From: Salpingoeca rosetta
Lineage: Eukaryota > Protista > Choanoflagellata
Length of the DNA stretch: 64,000 nucleotides
Reading direction: 5' to 3'
Assembly: GCA_033442325.1 (NCBI GenBank)
Contig: JAWQFM010000015.1
Coordinates: 852,335-916,334 of the forward strand
Part shown: positions 60,442 to 64,000 of the stretch, one piece after another
Layout of the letters: the number at the start of each line of letters is the position of its first letter
Position numbering within the stretch: the stretch's first letter is position 1
Notes under the pieces: model-generated
The model's database searches: none
What the model was told of the DNA's origin: nothing
The model's input: the letters and a program-made list of their open reading frames with translations, nothing else
Made by a program: the position numbers and the translations under genes

Positions 60442-61254
60442 CGCGTGTTTGTTGTGTGTGTGTATATTTGTCTCCCTGGTCTTCTGCCTACTTGTCTCCC
60501 TGTCTGTCTGTCTTTGTCTCCCTGCATCCCATTTCGTGCCAACCATCCTTTGCCTAACTTATCCTTGCTCATTTCATTCCCACTTGCTATGTGCCCACCG
60601 TTGTGGCAACTGCTTGCATTCAACAACAACACAGTTGCACGACAGCTTCATTGTCCACTTCTACGACAGGTTGGGGATTTCTGATCCATGATCGTCTTGC
60701 CGCCCTGTCAAACCTTGTTCCTTGCGCGCCTTCACACTGCCCTCTCCACATTCACTCGTTCACATCAACTCATTTTCGCCAACACATGCACTGTCGTGCA
60801 CACTCGCCCCGCAACGACCAGAATCAACCTGCAGACATATGCAAAGATGTGCCTGACCGTGGCCACCCAGTACGAGAGTGAGTTGCACACATGTATGTGT
60901 GTGTGCATGTGTGTGTGGGGGGGGGGGGTGTGAAGTTGCTCTCAGTGCTTGCTGTCGGTACTTGATTAAAACGTTGACACGATGCTGATCCCCCACTTCT
61001 TTTTTCCCATTCTCCTTCTCCCTTGTCCTCTTTTTCTGCTCCCCCTTCTCCTTCCTCTCCTCCGCCTCACATTTACATGTTCATTCGCCACCACACAGGC
61101 CCACACGATGCACTCGCGTTCTTCGAGCAGTGCCTTGAGCGGGTATGCATGCAATCACATGTTTGTTCGTGCTTGTGTGCGTGTGTGTGTGTGTGTGTGC
61201 GGGTATGCATGCAATCACATGTGTGTGTGTGTGCTTGTGCGTGTGTGTGTGTGC

Positions 61255-61297
<43 letters not shown>

Positions 61298-61409
61298 GTA
61301 CGGTTGTTANNNNNNNNNNNNNNNNNNNNNNNNNNNNNNNNNNNNNNNNNNNNNNNNNNNNNNNNNNNNNNNNNNNNNNNNNNNNNNNNNNNNNNNNNNN
61401 NNNNNNNNN

Positions 61410-61450
<41 letters not shown>

Positions 61451-62515
61451 AACGGGTGTTTGAAATGAAGCATGTGCCTTGTCAAGCGTTTTTTTTTTCA
61501 CTCTCACACTGGATGTTTGCTTTGCTTCGCTGTGATATCAGGTATCTGGGGACGCCCTTGCGCGCGTGTGCATCATCTCGGCCATGGCGGAGCTCCACCT
61601 CCTCCTCAACCAAACCGACGTTACAAAGGTCTGTCTGTGTGTCTGTGTGTCTGTGTCTGTCTGTCCATGTATGTCCATGTATGTCTGTGTGTGTCTGTGT
61701 GTCTGTGTGTCTGTGACTGTGTGTCTGTCTGTCTGCCCCTGTCTGTGTGTCAACATGGCTTCTCCTCCCTGTGCTCCCTCATACCCACCCCTACTCACTC
61801 ACCACACCACCACCCTGATCAGGCAAAGTTGAAGGAGGCAGAGGCGCTGCTCGAGGAGCAGGCCGGCGTCACGGAGATGCACGCAAACTTCTACCGCGTC
61901 GCCGCAGAGTACTACAAGGTTCGGCGACGAAGAGGAAAGGGGGGAGGAAAAAGTACCTGTGGTGCTTGCAGCGGTGGTGGTGGTGGTGGTGACATAAACG
62001 AGGCGAGTGGCTGCTTTCTTCTACAGCTTGGCACTTGTCCTCTGCCTACTCACACCACCTCCACTTGTAACTCTCCCCACATGCAACACTCACCACACGC
62101 ACCACTTTCACCACTCCCGATACCAACGAACAGAACCAGGGCGTGTACCACGAGTTTTACACGAATGCACTGCGCTATCTCGGCTGCATTGAGCTCGACA
62201 CGCTCGGACGTGAGATGACGCGAGCACGCGGGCGGGCGATGAGTCATAAAGAGGGAAGGGGGGGGAGGATAATTTGGAGGAGAAAGAGGGGAGGGAGACG
62301 ACAGTCTGTTCGCTGCGGTGTTGCCGCTGCGTGCATGTGCACTCACGTTGTACTCTTCACACTGCACACATATTGGCTCATGACCGCTGCCACGATCACC
62401 GTCACTGCCATCACCGCCACCACCAACAGCTGAGCAGCAGGTGCAGCGCGCGTTTGATCTCGCCCTCGCCGCCATTTTGGGCAAGGGTGTCTACAACTTT
62501 GGCGAGCTGGTACGC

Positions 62516-62586
<71 letters not shown>

Positions 62587-62718
62587 CTGCTGGTTTGCCG
62601 GTCTGAACACTTCTCCTCCTCATCCACCACCACATCATCGTCGTTATGACTGTTTCACTTCTCATGTGCCATGCATCACCTCCCTTTCATTGTGCATTCG
62701 TGTGCGTGTGTGTGTGTG

Positions 62719-62777
<59 letters not shown>

Positions 62778-62911
62778 ACAGCTTGCCCACCCGATCCTGG
62801 AGAGCCTGCGCTCGACATCGAAGGAGTGGCTCATCGACCTCCTTTACGCCTTCAACAGCGGTGCGCTGAACGTGAACACGCGTGCACGTGTCGGCGTGGA
62901 GGGGTTTGGAG

Positions 62912-62956
<45 letters not shown>

Positions 62957-63103
62957 GTACTACGACGAGAGAAGTAGGCGATGAGCACTGCTGACTTTGT
63001 GCGCTCCCTGTTCGAATACGGGGATTAGGGCAATCTAGCTAATGGTGGTTACGGCCCCTAAAAATGTTAAGCCCTTACCTAGAGAGTGTGGTGGTCATAC
63101 TTG

Positions 63104-63150
<47 letters not shown>

Positions 63151-63440
63151 TCTTCAAACCCGTGAAGGCGAAAGACACCGTTGTGATTGATGTGCCGTGT
63201 AGTTGAACGCTCCACCGCGTGTGCTGTGTGTCACTCATCTCTACCACATCATTGCACCACCACCCCCAGGTGACCTTGCCAAGTTTGAGTTTCTGCAGCC
63301 GCAGTGGGGCAGCGACCCAGACCTCAAGGCCAAGTAAGGAGGGGGGGGGGGGTGATGGCGGTGGTGGTGGTGAAAGTGGTTGTGGTGGCTGCTGTGCATT
63401 GCTTTGTTGATGAAATGCACGCATTTCGCTTTAGTCATCG

Positions 63441-63480
<40 letters not shown>

Positions 63481-63783
63481 CGCACGCACGCACACCCACG
63501 CCCACGCATGGCCGTGGTCGCAGTGAGAGCGTGATGCAAGAGAAGATCCGGCTGCTTGCGCTGATGGAGATGGTGTTCCGCGCGCCGGCGAACAACCGCC
63601 GTCTCGCCTTTGACGCCATTGGCGACGCCACCAAGACCCCTGTCGACCAGGTGCGGGCGCTGCGCGTGTGTTGCACGTGCGTTTGTGTTTGTGTTGAATT
63701 TGTGCTGTGTATCTGTAGCTCTGAGTGCGAGCCCTGTTTCGTTCAGTTCCTCACCCCAGCTCCCCCCCCCCCCACACACACAC

Positions 63784-63833
<50 letters not shown>

Positions 63834-64000
63834 GCACGCATGTCAGGTTGAGATGCTTGTGATGAAGGCGCTGTCGCTGGGGCTGGTCCGCGGCTCCCTC
63901 GATGAGGTGGACAGCGTCGCCGTGCTCACGTGGGTGCAGCCAAGAGTGCTGAGTCAGCAGCAGGTGGAGGCGATGGCCACCCGCTTCAACGCCTGGACGG
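59965..64000 (+). CDS. PSMD13: 26S proteasome non-ATPase regulatory subunit 13 (Rpn9); 3' end runs off the window
   Basis: LHNRK|[38 protein letters not shown]|LAHPILESL...[47 protein letters not shown]...TWVQPRVL. Confidence 0.95.
61310..61409. other. Assembly gap (100 N) within a (GT)n tract
   Basis: Run of N. Confidence 1.
62518..62582. repeat. (CT)n microsatellite in a PSMD13 intron
   Basis: Directly visible. Confidence 0.95.

Noticed and set aside
63005-63031. tRNA gene or telomeric seed (GTTCGAAT, TTAGGG)
   Set aside because: No cloverleaf or proper T-stem; a single TTAGGG is expected by chance.

Overview
Eukaryotic, intron-rich, GC-rich genomic DNA whose introns are full of (TG)n/(CA)n microsatellites. 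Gene content and intron style point to a choanoflagellate such as Salpingoeca rosetta (inference, no database search run). I can reconstruct 13 protein-coding genes: a GT47/exostosin glycosyltransferase (partial, -), an LRR-EGF-TM receptor kinase of the TKL type (+), an UNC-93/MFSD11-like transporter (+), NDUFV1 (+), an unknown coiled-coil protein (-), an OFCC1/ojoplano-like membrane protein (+), DRC1 (-), EFCAB2/DRC8 (+), V-ATPase subunit a (+), an intronless triple-domain Gal-3-O-sulfotransferase-like protein (+), an atypical SDR/epimerase (-), NEK11 (+) and PSMD13/Rpn9 (partial, +). Most short ORFs in the six-frame track are microsatellite artefacts. No rRNA, tRNA, CRISPR array or coding transposon was seen. 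Best leads: (1) a 203-bp, 99%-identical, hairpin-forming element in two separate introns of the V-ATPase gene, with H/ACA-like boxes; (2) intronic (TG)n/(CA)n tracts that follow transcription direction and may be a splicing code; (3) two nexin-dynein regulatory complex genes head-to-head around an RFX-like half-site; (4) a sulfotransferase with two intact domains and one apparently inactive domain; (5) compositionally foreign inserts inside (GT)n tracts. Exon boundaries were read by eye and are predictions.
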